Sequence record: NC_020079.1
Length of the DNA stretch: 64,000 nt
From: Escherichia phage phAPEC8
Strand: one strand, 5' to 3'
Both the position numbers and the translations under genes were made by a program. The notes below the pieces were generated by a model. It was given only the letters and a program-made list of their open reading frames with translations. It was not told the DNA's origin and did not search any database. Positions 1 through 9,400 of the stretch are shown piece after piece. Positions within the stretch are counted from its first letter, which is position 1. Each line of letters starts with the position of its first letter.

Positions 1-2
1 AT

Positions 3-68
3 TCGAGCAATATTCCTGCACTTACTGTTTTGACAATGGCAAACATTAGTGTGGACGTTACCGAGTAA
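3..68 (+). CDS. 3' end of an upstream gene truncated by the window start
   Basis: Open frame from window edge to TAA at 66-68, followed by RBS AAGGGG and the ATG at 77. Confidence 0.3.
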   Translation, partial: SSNIPALTVLTMANISVDVTE

Positions 69-76
69 GGGGTAAA

Positions 77-2230
77 ATGAAACAAGCTATATTTACTGTC
101 ACGCGAGACAAGAGAGTAAATGCGAGTTCATTTAACTACACGACTGTTGATGGAACAGCAGTCGCTGGTAGAGATTATATTGCAAAATCGGGAACACTTG
201 TGTTCCCTGATGATGCTGATTCTGCTACCATTGTGGTTGAAGTATTTGAACGACCAAAGAACTCAATAGATCTTAACTTCTCCCTCCAAGTTTCAGGGAT
301 TAGTCAAAATAATATGATGGTTGAAACAACCATCAATTGTATTATAACTACTATCCAAGAAAATACTACTCCAATAACTTGGACTACAAAAGACGTTAAA
401 ATGTTCTCTCCTATGTATTGGACAATAGATTCTCAAGCAACGGAAAGTTGTTCTATTGTATCTCATGGAGACTCTTTTACTGCAAGATTTGTAAACAGAA
501 CAACAGCAGGTTTGGCAGGGGTTATCTGGAGCACAGTTGACAAATATGACCATAAAGGTGTTGGGTATTTACCCCACACAGATTTAAGTTCAGAGAAACT
601 TTGGTTTAAAATGGAAATTAGTCAAAACATGCCAGGTTTTAAAGAAGAACCTTTGGTGCCGACTTTGACTGTAACTCTCCTGGATAAAAGTGTTCATTAT
701 GTCAGTTTAGGATTCTACGCTTCAGATATTTCAGAAGATGGTAAAACAGCTACAATCAAGTTAGATTTTGGTAATATCTTTTCTGGCCCTAATAATGATA
801 TTCCTTTGGATATGAGTGCTGTAGATAATATTTTCTTCTCTTTGATTACAGCAAGGTATGAAGAAATAGAAGAGGTTGTACCTATTGACAGTCAAGAGGC
901 TTGGTTTACTTTCACTCTTCTTGAACCTACTTCTGGTTACAGTATGATGAAAGTCAGCAACCTTGTCCAGCCTGAACATGATATTCGCATGTGCACATCT
1001 TATGATGATATGTATAACCTGACTCCAGAGAGAGTTATTTATAATACATATGCACTAGGTTATCGTGGGATGATTAACCATTATAACGGAATGTCTCACT
1101 ATTATGAGTTCTCATGGAATGGAACATCTTGGGCTTTAAATAAATCTGTTTTCCTGAATCCGGCTACAGAAGCTTGGCTTAACAGCTTTCATTCTATAGC
1201 AAACGAGAAGGGCTACACAATAATGAACTCTTTAAGTTTTGAATTGATGAGCACAGTTTGTCCTGTAGAATGGGTCCAGCATGATTGGAACGATGCTCTT
1301 GCAGCAACAGGGTATAAACCTCCTAGTTATGTGTTGTCTCCAACTATTGACGAAGGTATGGAATATTTGCAAAATGTTATTAATAAAATAGCATCTATTT
1401 CTCAAGCTAACAATATTCCAGTCGTCATTCAAATTGGTGAACCTTGGTGGTGGTATAATACAGCAAGTAAAATGCCTTGCATATATGATTACACTACCAA
1501 ACTGGCATTCAACACAGAAACAGGTTTATTTGCACAAGATGCAGGAACAATAGATAATTATAAAACAGGAACGCCGTTTGACGAATACTATGCATTTTTG
1601 TCTCGTAAACTAGGATTAAGAGTTACAAAGTTTGCAACAGATCCCAGAGCAACTTACCCAGGAGCCAAGGTAACATTGCTTCCGTTCTTGCCATCAATTA
1701 TCGGCAACGGTTTGATGGAGAAAGTTAACTTTCCGTCTGATTACTACATTCCTGAAACTTTTGATTTTTACTGTTCAGAGTGTTACGACTGGCTTCTGGA
1801 AGGTAAAATGATGAAAGCATTCGATGCAATTACCATACCACATGAAAAATTAGGTTTTGAATATTCTGATATTCACTATCTTTCGGGTTTTGTTCCAGAT
1901 GCTACTCTTGCACCTTTGTATGGCTTCGATCCTGAATCAAACTACCGAACGTATCTTTGGAAAATGATTATAGGCAATATAGTATTGAACGCCAACAAGT
2001 TTGACGGACTTACACAATATATATGGGCCTATCCTCAAATAATGCACGATTCCATCACGGTAGTTAATTCTCAATCTCAAGTTTTCTATATGGGTAACGT
2101 GCCTTTGAACGTTTATTTACAGGATATCACTCTTAAACAGGTAAATGTTGAGATTGCCACCATAAGTGGAATTACATTAGCCACTAAATCTGGAGAAGAT
2201 TTGGTAACAACACAAAAATTTTATATATAG
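77..2230 (+). CDS. Large virion-associated protein with N-terminal Calx-beta-like domain (fibre/adhesin-like)
   Basis: 717 aa ORF; N-terminus FNYTTVDGTAVAGRDYIAKSGTLVFPDDADSATIVVEVF resembles Calx-beta motif; heads a run of fibre/spike genes. Confidence 0.45.
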   Translation: MKQAIFTVTRDKRVNASSFNYTTVDGTAVAGRDYIAKSGTLVFPDDADSATIVVEVFERPKNSIDLNFSLQVSGISQNNMMVETTINCIITTIQENTTPITWTTKDVKMFSPMYWTIDSQATESCSIVSHGDSFTARFVNRTTAGLAGVIWSTVDKYDHKGVGYLPHTDLSSEKLWFKMEISQNMPGFKEEPLVPTLTVTLLDKSVHYVSLGFYASDISEDGKTATIKLDFGNIFSGPNNDIPLDMSAVDNIFFSLITARYEEIEEVVPIDSQEAWFTFTLLEPTSGYSMMKVSNLVQPEHDIRMCTSYDDMYNLTPERVIYNTYALGYRGMINHYNGMSHYYEFSWNGTSWALNKSVFLNPATEAWLNSFHSIANEKGYTIMNSLSFELMSTVCPVEWVQHDWNDALAATGYKPPSYVLSPTIDEGMEYLQNVINKIASISQANNIPVVIQIGEPWWWYNTASKMPCIYDYTTKLAFNTETGLFAQDAGTIDNYKTGTPFDEYYAFLSRKLGLRVTKFATDPRATYPGAKVTLLPFLPSIIGNGLMEKVNFPSDYYIPETFDFYCSECYDWLLEGKMMKAFDAITIPHEKLGFEYSDIHYLSGFVPDATLAPLYGFDPESNYRTYLWKMIIGNIVLNANKFDGLTQYIWAYPQIMHDSITVVNSQSQVFYMGNVPLNVYLQDITLKQVNVEIATISGITLATKSGEDLVTTQKFYI

Positions 2231-2238
2231 GAGTAAAA

Positions 2239-5004
2239 ATGTCAACTACAATTACTAATTTACCCGAAACATCAAAAGTTAATGGTTCTGATTACCTGGT
2301 TTTAGATCAACCTGATAAGACTGTTAAAAGCACAGTTTCCAACTTTCTTACTGACACTGGGGTGGTTTTAGCCACCCAGCTAAAAGATACTTCTGGAGCT
2401 ACCAAGTATCCAGAACTTCAAATGTCACGTTGGAGAGATGAAGGTGATCCTAGAGGATGGGGAGCAGTAGGTGACGGAGCAACAGACGATACTAATGCCA
2501 TAACACAGCTTCTTGCTGCTATGCCTGATGGATGGATTGTTGATGGGCGTAATCTCACTTTCAAGGTTACAACACTACCAGATATAAGCAAGTTTAAAAA
2601 CGCTGCTTTTGTTTACGAGCGTATTGTTGGACAACCCCTTACTTACGTATCTGAGGGTTTCTTTGATGGAAATCTGACAAAAATTACGGATACACCATTT
2701 TACAATGCTTGGACGCAAGATAAGACGTTTGTTTATGACAATGTTATATATGCACCATTTATGGCTGGCGAACGTCATGGTGTACAAAACCTCCATGTAG
2801 CGTGGGTTAAATCAGGAGATGATGGACAAACTTGGTCTATGCCAGAATGGTTAACTCCAATTCATCCTGATTATAATGCCTCTTCAGCAAACAAAGTTAA
2901 CTATCATTGTATGAGTATGGGTGTATGTGGTAATCGCTTATATGCGGTGATCGAAACCCGTTACTTATCTAACATGCGATTGAAGAAAGCAGAACTTTGG
3001 TCACGTCCAATGCCTTATTATAGAAGGCCAACTGGAGGCATAACAATTAGTTCTGGGTCTACTACAGCGACAATTGTTTTAGAAAAGCATGGTCTTAAAG
3101 TTGGAGATGCTGTTAACTTTTCCAATTCAGGTGCAACTGGCGTATCTGGAAATATGACTGTTGCATCTGTAATTAACAAGGATACATTTACTGTTACATT
3201 AGCGAGTGCTGCCACATCTAATATAGATAATACAGGAACTACTTGGCATTTTGGAACACGTTTCTGGGATAGCCCTTGGGAAATTACAGAATTACCAGAT
3301 GTTGCCTATTCTACTAATGCAGATTTATGTGTTACAGAAACCCATAGTTTTACAGTTATAGATGATGATAATTACACTTTTGCTGTTGGTTATCACAATG
3401 GTGATGTTTCCCCAAGAAGATTAGGTATTTTGTATTTCAATAATGCTTACTCTGACCCAAGTTCTTTTACTCGTAGAACAATTAGTCAAGAATATGCTGA
3501 CAATGCAGCAGAACCCTGCATTAAATATTATGATGGAATTTTATATTTAACTACCAGGGGTACTTCAACTTCTGCTGCTGGTTCTACATTAGCAATGAGT
3601 ACCGACCTTGGAGAAAACTGGAACTACTTAAGATTCCCTAACAACGTTCATCATACAAACTTACCATTTGCAAAAGTTGGTAACTACCTTTATATCTTTG
3701 GTACAGAACGTTCATTCGGAGAATGGGAAGGAGAAGAACTAGATAATAGATATAAAGGCACGTATCCTCGAACGTTTATGTGCAAGATTAATGTATCTTC
3801 ATGGCCTACATCTTTATCCGATGTTCAATGGTTTAATATCACTGATCAGATGTATCAAGGGCATATTGTTAATTCTGCATGTGGTGTTGGTTCGGTATGT
3901 GTTAAAGATGGTTGGTTATATTATATCTTTGGAGGCGAAGATTTCTTATCTCCTTGGTCTATTGGGGATAATAGTAAAAAATTATGGTACAAGCATGATG
4001 GTCATCCAGCCGATTTATATAGTTATAGACTAAAGATTACCGAACATGATTTTGTATCACGTGATTTCAAATATGGAGCTACGCCAAACCGTACATTGCC
4101 TGTATCTATGGGTACAGATGGGGTAAGGCATGTCTCAGCCCCTGTAACTTTTGATAATGATGTACAAGTATACTCTTTAACAGTTACTGGCCTTGAGCAT
4201 GATGGGACACAACAATCTGCCGTTAGAATAAAATTAGATGGTGATTATGGGGTTGTTGCAAAAAATGTCCCAATAAAAAATCCTTCTAAACAGCGACTAA
4301 TCCTATGTGGAGGAGAAACTCCTTACGTTACTGATGGATCGCTATTACAACTATATGGTTCAAACCATACGTATCCAAACAGAGCAGTTTTATATGCCCC
4401 AGGAGGAGCATATACCCAAAATAATTTCATGCCGTATTTAGATGGACAAGTTGCATTAGGCGGTGCGTCTAACAGATGGTCAGAAGTGTACGCATCTACA
4501 GGAACCATTAATACTTCAGATGGAACATTAAAAACTAAACCTACAGAGATTGAAGATATTTTACTGAAAGCATGGGAAGATATTCATGTAATCTCTTACC
4601 AATGGCTTAGTGCTGTCGCGGAGAAAGGAGATTCTGCGCGTATTCATTTTGGTGTTATAGCTCAAGATGTAAGAGATATTCTGATTAATTATGGCTTAAT
4701 GGATGAAAATAGCACTGATTGTAAGTATGCTTTTCTGTGTTATGATGAATACCCTGCTATGTACGATAGTGTTGTTACGGGACAAAAAGAAATCCCTTTA
4801 TTTGATGATGAAGGGAATGTTGTAATTGATGAAGAAGGTAATCCAGTAACAATCGTAGAAGATGTTGTAGAAACTATCGAAATAATTCCAGCAGGATCGC
4901 GATGGGGTATCCGCGCTGACCAAATGTTTTTTATTGAGATGGCTTATCAACGTAAAAAGTTAAAAGCTCTTGAAGAAAGACTTGCAACCCTGGAAAGTAA
5001 ATAA
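2239..5004 (+). CDS. Tailspike/tail fibre with C-terminal intramolecular chaperone (peptidase S74-like) domain
   Basis: 921 aa; C-terminus TSDGTLKTK...ARIHFGVIAQDVRDIL...FFIEMAYQRKKLKALEERLATLESK matches the self-cleaving chaperone domain of endosialidase-type tailspikes and L-shaped fibres. Confidence 0.65.
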   Translation: MSTTITNLPETSKVNGSDYLVLDQPDKTVKSTVSNFLTDTGVVLATQLKDTSGATKYPELQMSRWRDEGDPRGWGAVGDGATDDTNAITQLLAAMPDGWIVDGRNLTFKVTTLPDISKFKNAAFVYERIVGQPLTYVSEGFFDGNLTKITDTPFYNAWTQDKTFVYDNVIYAPFMAGERHGVQNLHVAWVKSGDDGQTWSMPEWLTPIHPDYNASSANKVNYHCMSMGVCGNRLYAVIETRYLSNMRLKKAELWSRPMPYYRRPTGGITISSGSTTATIVLEKHGLKVGDAVNFSNSGATGVSGNMTVASVINKDTFTVTLASAATSNIDNTGTTWHFGTRFWDSPWEITELPDVAYSTNADLCVTETHSFTVIDDDNYTFAVGYHNGDVSPRRLGILYFNNAYSDPSSFTRRTISQEYADNAAEPCIKYYDGILYLTTRGTSTSAAGSTLAMSTDLGENWNYLRFPNNVHHTNLPFAKVGNYLYIFGTERSFGEWEGEELDNRYKGTYPRTFMCKINVSSWPTSLSDVQWFNITDQMYQGHIVNSACGVGSVCVKDGWLYYIFGGEDFLSPWSIGDNSKKLWYKHDGHPADLYSYRLKITEHDFVSRDFKYGATPNRTLPVSMGTDGVRHVSAPVTFDNDVQVYSLTVTGLEHDGTQQSAVRIKLDGDYGVVAKNVPIKNPSKQRLILCGGETPYVTDGSLLQLYGSNHTYPNRAVLYAPGGAYTQNNFMPYLDGQVALGGASNRWSEVYASTGTINTSDGTLKTKPTEIEDILLKAWEDIHVISYQWLSAVAEKGDSARIHFGVIAQDVRDILINYGLMDENSTDCKYAFLCYDEYPAMYDSVVTGQKEIPLFDDEGNVVIDEEGNPVTIVEDVVETIEIIPAGSRWGIRADQMFFIEMAYQRKKLKALEERLATLESK

Positions 5005-5052
5005 TACAGCTTAGGTGGTATTTCAATCTTTATATCCCACTTAGAGGTACTC

Positions 5053-5316
5053 ATGGCTAAAGAGAAAAATGGTTTTAAAAAATTTATTCGCGGAATGTTC
5101 TGCACTTACCCCGGCAACGGGGTAAGCTCTACGAAAGTCTGGAACGCTGTAGGCATGTCTGTTATGACAGGCATGTTTATCTTTTTAGGAATAGAAAAAG
5201 AAATTCCTGAATGGATGGGCTGGGCTTTTGTTTTCATGATAACCCCTTCTCGCCTCATGAAAAATCTTATTGATTTACGTTGGGGCAGATCACAATCTAC
5301 CAAAGAGGATGACTAA
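5053..5316 (+). CDS. Small membrane protein
   Basis: 87 aa with hydrophobic segments (MSVMTGMFIFLGI, WMGWAFVFMITP); RBS present; sits inside the structural operon. Confidence 0.35.
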   Translation: MAKEKNGFKKFIRGMFCTYPGNGVSSTKVWNAVGMSVMTGMFIFLGIEKEIPEWMGWAFVFMITPSRLMKNLIDLRWGRSQSTKEDD

Positions 5317-6803
5317 TGGACGAATATGGTTTGACAGATGCGGGATTTGTAATCCCGACTTTTGACGATGTTTTAAACAACTACATGACAGCAGTAAAAA
5401 ACACATTTGGTGCAGATGCAGCCACTTCGGAAGACACTGTGATCGGGCAACTGTTTAGAATAATTGCATACACAGATTACACATTGTGGGAAGGTATGCA
5501 AGGTGTTTATAATACTCAAACACTGGATGGTGCAGAAGGTATTTATCTTGACGAAATCTTTTCTAAACGCGGTTTCTATCGAGCAGGGGCAGCAGCAAGT
5601 ACAGGTTATGCATATGTTAAGAGCAATAACAAAGCAGCTTGGACTTATGAGCTAGGCACGGATATTTACTTCAACTCTGATAGTGATATGAACTACTATG
5701 TTAGCACACCAACTATGTTGAATGCTAAGATTGCAGCTTATCAAATCTCTTGTGCTAATGCAACTGCTACAGGTGTTCCAAATATTACTTTTTATGCACA
5801 AAGTGCGGTAGATGGAGGACTAAACAGTAAAACACTTGCACCTGGTTCTTCTACATTTATAACCGATCTTGAAACTTTTATCAAGGCAAATTTAACAGAA
5901 GCTGATCGTAGTCTTGTATTTTCTGATTCAGGTAACTTATCAATTGGTTTTACTTCTTTAACTAGTGATACTCCAGTGGGACTGGTAACTCCTATTAAAT
6001 TTTATGCTAGTGTTCCGGTTGGAACCAAGTGGAGTGAGATTCCGGTAGTTGCAGCAGAGAAAGGATACAACCCTGTTGGCGTGGAGTCTATTACAGGGAT
6101 ATCTTCTACCTTTACAGGTTATCTTGACAGTGGTAACTTTTATTCATTTTCTCCTGGTCGGGATGTTGAGACAGACGCAGAATTCCGCTCTCGTTTCAAT
6201 GACAACGTTGATGAAGCTAACGCAGGGACACGAGCAGCTATTGTGAAAGCTCTGCTACTTACAGATGGTGTTACTAAGGTGAAGATTTATGATAACCCTA
6301 CATTACATGATCAAGAACATGCTCCGGCTATGACTTTCCAGACTATAGTTTATGGAGGAAGTGCTGAAGAAGTTGCTGAAGTTATTTACAAAACTAAACC
6401 AATCAACAGTTTGACACATGGAACAACCAACATAACTGTTACAACGGAAGACGGAGGACAAGAAATTATTCGTTTTTCTCCTGGTGCTTCTGCTACGTAT
6501 TCCGTAAAACTTGTTTATCAAACTGTCAACGGAACAACTTTAAGTGGAACAGAAAAACAAAACATTGTAGAAGCTTTACAAAACCTGCAAGCTTACTTTG
6601 AATTAGGTTCTTCAGTAACGAACGATCAAATCAAAGGTGTTATTTATGCAGCACTTGCTTTTGGACGCTTGACTTCTCTTCGTGTTTATGTTAAACTTAA
6701 TACTGAGGATGACAGTAAATATACAGAGAATAATATAGTTCCTGCTTATAATGTTGTCCCTTCTTTTGACCTTGATAACATTTCTTACGAGTATGGAGTG
6801 TAA
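5316..6803 (+). CDS. Baseplate J-like (baseplate wedge) protein
   Basis: 495 aa; position and N-terminus consistent with the J/gp47-like family; followed by I-like, fibre and assembly-like genes in the canonical J-I-H-G order. Confidence 0.4.
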   Translation: MDEYGLTDAGFVIPTFDDVLNNYMTAVKNTFGADAATSEDTVIGQLFRIIAYTDYTLWEGMQGVYNTQTLDGAEGIYLDEIFSKRGFYRAGAAASTGYAYVKSNNKAAWTYELGTDIYFNSDSDMNYYVSTPTMLNAKIAAYQISCANATATGVPNITFYAQSAVDGGLNSKTLAPGSSTFITDLETFIKANLTEADRSLVFSDSGNLSIGFTSLTSDTPVGLVTPIKFYASVPVGTKWSEIPVVAAEKGYNPVGVESITGISSTFTGYLDSGNFYSFSPGRDVETDAEFRSRFNDNVDEANAGTRAAIVKALLLTDGVTKVKIYDNPTLHDQEHAPAMTFQTIVYGGSAEEVAEVIYKTKPINSLTHGTTNITVTTEDGGQEIIRFSPGASATYSVKLVYQTVNGTTLSGTEKQNIVEALQNLQAYFELGSSVTNDQIKGVIYAALAFGRLTSLRVYVKLNTEDDSKYTENNIVPAYNVVPSFDLDNISYEYGV

Positions 6804-6805
6804 AA

Positions 6806-7435
6806 ATGGCAGTGAGTGTTGACCATGTAACAACTTGGGCCAGTATCAATGAAGACGTTAAAAACCTTCTGATTGAAGATTTTAAATCTTCTCCTAACAT
6901 TGTCAAGCTCCTCTACATCGTATCCAGTGAAAAGCAAAAGATAGATCAGGCAATGATCTATCTTGCTAAACACCGCTTGATCTCCACAGCCACAGGCAAA
7001 TACCTAGATATCTTAGGAGAAGAAATGGGGATCGAACGTAATGGCTCTGATGATGAAGAGTATAGAACAATATTAAAAATCAGGGCTTACCGCGTAGCCT
7101 CATCGGGGACTCGTGGTGACATAATTGATATCTTCGCCCGTTTCACAGGAACAGAGCGTGAAACGCTTAATACTTACGTAGGTTTGAATAAAACCTTTGA
7201 TGTGTTTTTCTACAACCTGTGTCTTCAATCTGATCAAGCTTTAGAGCAGTTGCTAAGTGTTTTCCCTATTATTAGTAGCTACCGTCTTGGAGCAAAAGCA
7301 GGATCAGCTTTTGGTTTTAGTTCTTATTATGCTACCAAACCGCCTCATGGTATTGGTGGTTTAGGTTCCCTGTACATGGAATCTACTGGGGATGAAACAG
7401 GACGCATGTGTACGCTTCTCAAGCAAATAGATTAA
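6806..7435 (+). CDS. Baseplate/tail protein (P2 gpI / DUF2313-like)
   Basis: 209 aa; synteny after the J-like gene; tight coupling. Confidence 0.35.
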   Translation: MAVSVDHVTTWASINEDVKNLLIEDFKSSPNIVKLLYIVSSEKQKIDQAMIYLAKHRLISTATGKYLDILGEEMGIERNGSDDEEYRTILKIRAYRVASSGTRGDIIDIFARFTGTERETLNTYVGLNKTFDVFFYNLCLQSDQALEQLLSVFPIISSYRLGAKAGSAFGFSSYYATKPPHGIGGLGSLYMESTGDETGRMCTLLKQID

Positions 7436-7444
7436 GGAGTTTAA

Positions 7445-8506
7445 ATGGCGAAGCCAATATATTATCCTGACTGGGCTACACAAACTGTAACGCTCCCAGG
7501 AACTTTAAACACAAACAAAATTAGACCTAAAGAAACCATCCGCACAATTGGTATGGATTATGGTCAAATCATGACTTGCGAAGAGATGAACTGGATTCTT
7601 AATAATATCGGTTTATGGATTCGCTATTTGGTGGATGATTTTCTTCCAACTTTACCTAATACCTACTTGCCTTTAGTGGGAACTAAGATTACAATGGCAG
7701 GTGATGCTACTGGTGAGGCCACTTGGAACGGTAACAAAGAAGTTACTTTATCTATCCAAGTTCAAGATAACAGTCATAATCACTTGTCAGCAAACATTAC
7801 AGATGCTACTAGTTCAACAGTAACACCAAACGTGTTGGTAAAACGTGATGCGGGTGGTGCTATTTATGGTGGCGATGTTTATGTTAACGGTACTTCCACA
7901 ACAGATCCTGCAACACTGTTCTTCAAAAACTTTGCAGGACAAACAAATGGTGAGATTTCTGCCGAGTATCAAAGCGGAGGTCAGCTTTACATCTATCGTA
8001 GAAATCCTAGCACAGGTAGTGTATCGGCAGGTGTTCGTTTATATGATGCAGGTTATGTTCTAATAGATAATCCAAGATCGAACAGTGGACAAGATACTTC
8101 TAACGGAAATGCTTTAGTTCGTTTAGATTATCTGAACTCTCGTTTGACTTCCCTTCAGAACACATTGCAGACGAATATTAACACTGTTCAAAACAACTTG
8201 AATAATGTTAACAACAACCTCTCTTCTCGTATAAACAATGTAGAAAGTAATCATCAAAGTCAGATTACAAATAACTACAACTATGCTAACGGAACCTTTG
8301 TAAGAGATATTCGTTATACTAGCCAAGGTGTGTATTATCCACCAGGGAACGAGGTTTCTTGGACTTATATCTGTTCTTCTGGTTATGTTCTTTCTGGTAT
8401 TATCGTACAGGAAACAGGACGTAGCTCTGCGGATAACATCGGTGGGGTTTACTTCAAACGCCTCCAGCGCAACGTTAACGGAAACTGGTACGATATTGGA
8501 GGCTAA
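7445..8506 (+). CDS. Tail fibre protein (coiled-coil shaft)
   Basis: 353 aa; heptad-like N/Q/L-rich stretch LNSRLTSLQNTLQTNINTVQNNLNNVNNNLSSRINNVESN. Confidence 0.5.
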   Translation: MAKPIYYPDWATQTVTLPGTLNTNKIRPKETIRTIGMDYGQIMTCEEMNWILNNIGLWIRYLVDDFLPTLPNTYLPLVGTKITMAGDATGEATWNGNKEVTLSIQVQDNSHNHLSANITDATSSTVTPNVLVKRDAGGAIYGGDVYVNGTSTTDPATLFFKNFAGQTNGEISAEYQSGGQLYIYRRNPSTGSVSAGVRLYDAGYVLIDNPRSNSGQDTSNGNALVRLDYLNSRLTSLQNTLQTNINTVQNNLNNVNNNLSSRINNVESNHQSQITNNYNYANGTFVRDIRYTSQGVYYPPGNEVSWTYICSSGYVLSGIIVQETGRSSADNIGGVYFKRLQRNVNGNWYDIGG

Positions 8507-9052
8507 ATGATATTTACAAACTTTAAAAAATATATTCCTGAAGACCCTGAACTAAAAGAATTGGTAGAAGCAGAGAACATTCTTTTTCTTCGTTGCGATC
8601 AAGGTTACGACTGGTATGATTTACGTAGCACAGAATTCAATAACGATAAAATGAAAGTCGTTTTTGATGATCAAAATCGTATTGTGTTTTGGAATACTGA
8701 TCCTACACTACTTTGCCCTGAAGATCTTTCTATAGCACAAGTAGATTTTAATATAGATACTTTTGAGGATATTAGGAACAAGGTTCTGGATTTAGAAACC
8801 TTAACTCTTAAGGATAAAGAGTATTCCCGTGAAGAGTTGATGACACAAGCTAGTGCAAAAATTCGCTCTTTACAAGAAACAGCGGTAGCACTTATAACAC
8901 CTTTACAGTATGCTAAAGATTTAGAAATGGCTACTGAAGACGAATTAGCTTATCTTAAAAATCTTCAAGTTTATGTAGTTAAACTAAATCGTGTTCCGCT
9001 TCAAAAAGACTATCCTTACGCTATAGATTGGCCTACATTACCGACAGAATAA
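8507..9052 (+). CDS. Possible tail fibre assembly/chaperone protein
   Basis: 181 aa ORF start-overlapping the fibre gene stop (ATGA); size and position typical of Tfa-like chaperones. Confidence 0.3.
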   Translation: MIFTNFKKYIPEDPELKELVEAENILFLRCDQGYDWYDLRSTEFNNDKMKVVFDDQNRIVFWNTDPTLLCPEDLSIAQVDFNIDTFEDIRNKVLDLETLTLKDKEYSREELMTQASAKIRSLQETAVALITPLQYAKDLEMATEDELAYLKNLQVYVVKLNRVPLQKDYPYAIDWPTLPTE

Positions 9053-9061
9053 GGGATCACT

Positions 9062-9397
9062 ATGGAATTTCAAGAAGCATGGGGACTTGCAAAGGATGCA
9101 ATAATCCCTTTAATCGGAGTCATCTGGTTCTTTTTCAAACAAAAAATGGATAAATTCGGCTCTGATCTTGAGGAAATGGAGGAGAAAAGTCGAGAGCTAG
9201 AGAAGAAGTTGGTCTTTGTTGAATCAACTTACGCAACTAAAGCCGAACTTACCCAGATGCTAAATCAAATTAACTCTACATTAATGGCAAATAACAACAC
9301 CCTTGAGCAAAAAATTGAAAAGATTATGGACCTCAAGAATGCGACTATCCAAATGATGCTAGATGACATAGTTAAACGTACACAGAATAAGGGGTAA
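9062..9397 (+). CDS. Small membrane-anchored coiled-coil protein
   Basis: 111 aa; N-terminal hydrophobic helix (IIPLIGVIWFFF) then charged coiled-coil. Confidence 0.35.
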   Translation: MEFQEAWGLAKDAIIPLIGVIWFFFKQKMDKFGSDLEEMEEKSRELEKKLVFVESTYATKAELTQMLNQINSTLMANNNTLEQKIEKIMDLKNATIQMMLDDIVKRTQNKG

Positions 9398-9400
9398 TTA